Shown here one piece after another: positions 58,840 through 64,000 of a stretch of DNA of 64,000 nt. The notes beneath the pieces were generated by a model, which worked only from the letters and a program-made list of their open reading frames with translations, made no database searches and was not told the DNA's origin. The stretch comes from Hemiscyllium ocellatum (lineage: Eukaryota): contig NW_026867533.1 in assembly GCF_020745735.1 (NCBI RefSeq), positions 62,001 through 126,000 of the forward strand, given 5' to 3'. Within the stretch, counting starts at the first letter, position 1. Each line of letters begins with the position of its first letter. Position numbers and translations under genes: made by a program.

Positions 58840-61800
58840 TGAGAGGGAACCAGAAGCAGTCTGTTCAGCCAATGGGGTTTGGGCTTCCAAACAATGACAT
58901 CATAGCTGAGCTGATAATCCTCACCTCCACTTTTCAGCGTTTAACTGTAAGCATTGATTCAATTCCCAGATCAAAACCTGCCCATTTCAGCCTTCAAAAT
59001 ACTGACTGACCCAGCCTCGACAGTGTTCTATGGAAACAAATTCCACAGATTCACTACATTCTGGGAGACAAAATTCTGTTCTGCCTGACATTTGTGACCT
59101 CTAATTCAGAGATTTTACTCACTGGTCCGAACCTCTCCCACAAGGGGAAACAACATTTCTGCATTTACACCATCAAGTTTCCTGAAAATAATCGATGTTT
59201 CAGAATGTCACCACTGAATCTTCTATGTTCTAATGGGTATAGGCCCAAACGACTCAGTCTCTACTCTCAAGACAGTCCCTCCATCCTCAGGATCAGTCGA
59301 CTAAACCTCGTGTGGATTGTCTCACAGTCCAGTGTACCTTTTCTTTGTGAGATGAGTCCCAAGAACAGTCCACAGTATTCCAGCTGTGGTAAAAATAGAG
59401 CTTCTTTTCAGTTTAAACAAACATTATAGTCATACAGATATCAGGCACAGAAACAGACCCTTCGGTCCAACTGCACTGACCAGATATCCCAACCTGACTG
59501 AGTACCATTTGCCAGACATTTGGCCTATCTTTCTCTAAATGTTCCCTGTTCATACACCCATCCAGGTGCCTTTTAAATGCAGTAATTGAACCCACCTCCA
59601 CCACTACCACTGGCAGCTGTTTCCATACATACACGTGAAAAGGTTACCCCTCAGGTTCTTTTCAAACGTTTCTCCTCTCACCTTAATCTGCTGTCCTCTA
59701 GTTTTGGACTCTCCCACTCGAGGAAAAAGGCCTTGGCTATTCACCATATCAATGCCCTGCATGGTTTTATAGGGTCTTGTTCAGGCCATTCCTCAGCCTC
59801 CTTTCCTCTCACTGTAGGGAAAAGAAAAGCCCCAGTCTATTCAGCTTCACCTTGTACCTTAAACACTCCAGTTCCAGCATCATTCTTGGAAATCTTTTCT
59901 ACATCCCCTCAAGTTTCACAAAATCCTTCATAGAAATGGTCAGCCAGATTTGTCTGTAATAATTCTAAACGTGGCCTCACAAATGATCTGTACAGCTGAG
60001 ATATGACATCTCGACTCCTACACTTAATGTTATGACCAATGAAGGAAAGCATGCCAAACACTTTCTTCCCCACCCTGTCTACCTGCAACTCCACTTTCAA
60101 GGAATGATGCATCTGCACCCTTTGGTTTCTTTGCTCAGCAACACTCCCCAAGGCCTTACATGAGATGGCACTGGGGTGGGGCTTGCTGAGGAGGTTGATT
60201 ATGTTGATTCTGGAAATGAGGGGGTTGGCTTGTGAGGAGAGATTGAGCAGACTGGGAGTATATTCATTGGAATTCAGAAGAATGTGGGAGGGGTGTTGTA
60301 AAATTATAAATGGGATAGATAAGACAGAAGCAGGGAGGCTATTTCCACTGGTGGGTGAAATTAGAATGACGGGACATAACATTAAAATAAGGGCAACAGA
60401 TTTAGGACTGAGTTGAGGATCAACATCTTCACCCAAAGGGTTGTGAATCTGTGGAATCCCCTGCCTAGTGAAGCAGCTGAGACCAACCTGTTGAATGTTT
60501 TAAAGGTGAAAATAGATTTTTTAACAGTAAAGGAATGGAGGGTTATAGTGAGCGGGTGGGTAAGTGGAATCTTAGTCCATTGAAAGATGATCCATGATGT
60601 TATTGAAAGGCAGAGCAGACTCATGGGGTCAGATGGCCTACTCCTGATCGTATTTCTAATGTTTGGATGTTGTTATGTTCTAACAGGCCTCCCATCCAAA
60701 ACGTAATGCTCTCTGACTACTAAGTAAAAACTGAAAGAACTGTGGATGCTGTGTATCAGAAACAAAAACGGAAACTGCTGGAAATGTTCAGAAGGTCTGG
60801 CAGCATCTCTGGTGTGAAAGGCTCACCAGTTTATGGTTCCCTGGCTTTTCCATACAACTTTCTTCAATAATGCTGCCACATTAGTCACTCTCCAGTCTTC
60901 TGGCATCTCATCTGTGATTATCAACGATACAAATATCTCAGCAAGGGGTCCACGAATCTCTTCCCTAGCTTCCCACAAAGTTCGGAGAAAACCTAACCAG
61001 GTCTCCAGGATTTATTTCCATTTTTCTACTGTAAGACCTCCAACACCTCCTCTTCTGTAAGATGAACTCATTTTAAGATCACATTATTTATTTCCCAAGT
61101 TCCTTAGCTTCTATGCTCCTGTCTACTGTAAATATTGATACAAAATATTTGCTTAGTGTCTCAGCCATCTCCTGTGGTTCCATGTATGGAAAGCCATGTT
61201 GATCTTTAAGGGCTGTATTCTCTCCTTAGTTATTCTTTTAACCTTAAAATAATTTTAGAATCTTTTCGGATTCTCCTTAATTCTATTTGCCAAAGCAATT
61301 TCATGCCCCCTTTTTTCCCTCATGATTTCCTGGTTAAGGATACTCCGACTGCCCTTATCCCCTTCTCAGGATTCACTCAATCCCAGCTGTCTATATCTGA
61401 TGAATGCCCCCTTCGTTTTCTGGACAGGAGTTGCAATTTCCCTCATCATTGAGCTTTTCCCATGCCTTGCCCTTCACACAAACAGAAACATACCATCACT
61501 GAACTCTCATTGTCTCATTCTTAAAGGCCTCCCACTTGTCAGCCGTCCCTTTACCTGAGAATAATCTCCCTCAACCAACTTCTCAAAGTCTTCTACCATC
61601 GAAACTGGCCACATTCCAATTTGAAACTTTCATTTTTAAATCAATTCTATCCTTTCTCATCATTATTATTAAACCAATAGAATTATGATCACTTTCCCTG
61701 AAATGTGCCCCTACAGACACCTCAGTCACTTGTCCTGCCTTGATTCTCAACAGAAGGTCAAGTATTGCGAACTGTCCAGTAGGTGCATCCACATATTGAA

Positions 61801-64000
61801 TAACAACGTTTTCTTGTACACACTTAACCAATTTCTCCACATTCCAAAATCTTAACACTACCCCAAACTCTGGTTGGAAAGTTAAAATTCCCTACCATTA
61901 TCCTCTTTCCTTACAGATAGCATAATCGCTTGTAAATTTCCCACTGACTATTATTTTACAATCCCAGCAAGGTCATCACCTCTTTCTTATTTTTAAGTTT
62001 CATCCATATAACTTCACTTGGCAGTCTCCAAGAAATATCCTCTCTACATCCAGCTGTAATGTTCTTTCTAACCAAAACACTACTCCATCTCCTCTCTTGC
62101 TCCTCTGTCTATACATTCTATAACATCTGTATCCTGGAACATTAAGTTGCCAGTCCTGTTCATCCCTGACCCACATTTCTGTAATGGTAATGTTATCCTT
62201 GTCCCACATTCCCATCTATGCCCTATGTTCATCTGTCTCACATGTCAGATCTCTTGCATCGAAGTAAATGCAGTTTAGCAGTCTTACCTTACCAAACTGT
62301 TGTCTGCCTTGACCCCTAGAATTGCTCACCACATCTCAACTCAAAAATTTCTCTTTTCTCACTATCTTGTTGGTTCCCACCATCCCCCTTACTAATTTAA
62401 AACCTTCAGCATACTGCTAGCAAATTTGCCCACAAGAATATCGGTCCCCTTCCAATTCAGGTCCCTCTTATATAGGTCATTTCTATCCCTGAAGAGATCC
62501 CAATGATTGAAAAATGGGAATCCTAACCCCTGCAGCAGCTCCTCAGCTACACATTCGCTGCTCTATCTGACTGTTCCTAACCTCAATATTCCATTAGTTT
62601 TTAAACAAACCCCGACATGACATTTGCCATCTTTATTGACAGTTGAAATTAAACGCTAACTTTTTGTGGTTCGGAGATGCAGACTTCCTGTAGATTTCTG
62701 AATTCAATCTCTATCTTGCCTGTTAAAATGCACAAGTTCACTGTTTATGTCTGTTCTCATTTATTTAATCCACATTACATTAATGTGCAAAGCTCCTTGT
62801 TCACTCTCGTCCTATCTGTATCGATCCACAAACTTCTTTTTGTGTCATACTCACCCACTTGTCTCCGCTCCAATTTTTGTGTCATTCGCAAACTTGCCTT
62901 CAATATATTCACTTTCCTCATCTAAGTCATCAAAATACTTTGTAAATTTTTTTTCTCCCCCAGAGCAGATTTATGTGGTACTCCACACTTTGACATCCTG
63001 TAAAATAAAACACTTCATCAAACTTTTCTGATTGGAATTTCAAAAATCCTCTCTCCACATTAATACAGTCCCTCCAAAGCCAAGGCTCCTTTCTCATTCA
63101 GTAATCTTATGCAAGGGTGCTGTCAAACACCTTCAGAAAATCAAAACATATTACAATCACGGTTTCCTCCATTTTCTCCAAGAATTCCAATACATTTATC
63201 AGGCAAGATTTCCATTTTGTAAAGCCATTCTCAGTTTTCTGCTGTAACATTCTTTTTTAAAGACTCCACCATTTTTTTCAATAAATGATGTTAAACTAAG
63301 TAGCCTCAGTCAACCTTTTGTATGCCTTAACTTTTTATGAGTGAAGGTGTTGGTTGAAGGATCTACTATCAGCCGTCACTTCCACCAGCTGGAGAAGCAC
63401 TGTCATCTACTGTGAAAAACTCAACAAAATGTATCTATGTTCATTTACTGAGAAAGCAATTCCACAAATGTTCTAGCTCATCACCTTCTGCTGGCAGTCC
63501 CAGATTTTATGAAGCAATTCATTGAAAGTCGACAAGGCTAATTAGCATCAAACCAAGATCAATATTTGAGCAGAAATATCTCAATTCCCGGTCATGTATT
63601 TTTGTTCATCTCTTTTTAGGACATTAGCTTTGACAATGTGGAGACTGTATGGGTGGAGCTGTGAAATACCAAAGGACAAAAAACATTAGTGGGTGTCATA
63701 GACAGACCCCCAGACTGCAGTGGTCATATCGGAATAGTATTAAACAGGAAATTAGCCAAGCATGTGATATGGAGACATCTGTGATCATGGGTGATTTTAA
63801 TCTGCATCTAGATTGGACAAATCAAATTAGCCACAATGTCTTAGAGGAAAAATTCCTGGAGTACATGCGGGATGGTTTTCTTAACCAATATGTGGATGAA
63901 CCAACTAGAGAGCAGGCCATCTTAGACTGGGTACTGTGTAATGAGAAGGGAATCATTGCCAATCTAGCTGCGTGAGACTCCTTGGGGATGAGTGACCATG
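58840..64000. mobile_element. Nested CR1 relics of both orientations; an endonuclease-domain fragment runs off the right end (63620-64000)
   Basis: IMGDFNLHLDW..DGFLNQYVDEPTREQAILDWVL (EN) at 63649-63975; RT C-terminal and tail fragments at 59425-60660; EN/linker relics at 60830-62580. Confidence 0.7.

Noticed and set aside
59425-60660. Back-to-back CR1 fragments as a twin-priming inversion
   Set aside because: Both halves carry their own, different 3' tails, so they are independent insertions.

Overview
Eukaryotic genomic DNA from a cartilaginous fish (shark; the species cannot be fixed from sequence alone). It holds one complete immunoglobulin mu (IgM) heavy-chain cluster on the minus strand, about 25.07-46.24 kb: TATA promoter, leader, VH, one joined D-J exon, CH1-CH4 with secretory tail, TM1 and TM2. 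All exons are open and all splice sites are GT/AG with matching phase. The cluster does not have the canonical shark V-D1-D2-J layout with three spacers. Only one 12/23 RSS pair remains. The V ends in a D1-like sequence and the J begins with a D2-like sequence behind a 12-bp RSS, so the best reading is a germline pre-joined VD-DJ cluster that needs a single RAG event. A blunt join at that junction is already in frame (CASGYIAGVGDW). The rest of the window is repeat-rich: CR1 LINEs, L2/Crack-like LINE relics, HE1-type SINEs, two Penelope-like element (PLE) lineages, and Tigger and Gypsy relics. It also has several fold-back PLE-derived elements carrying minimal hammerhead ribozyme cores, a SINE-PLE chimera inside a 112-bp direct repeat, and unexplained tandem and inverted duplications around the Ig promoter, J-C intron and 3' end. 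No other host gene, rRNA, true tRNA or CRISPR array was seen. Repeat boundaries are approximate and were judged by eye; Ig exon and RSS coordinates were read base by base.
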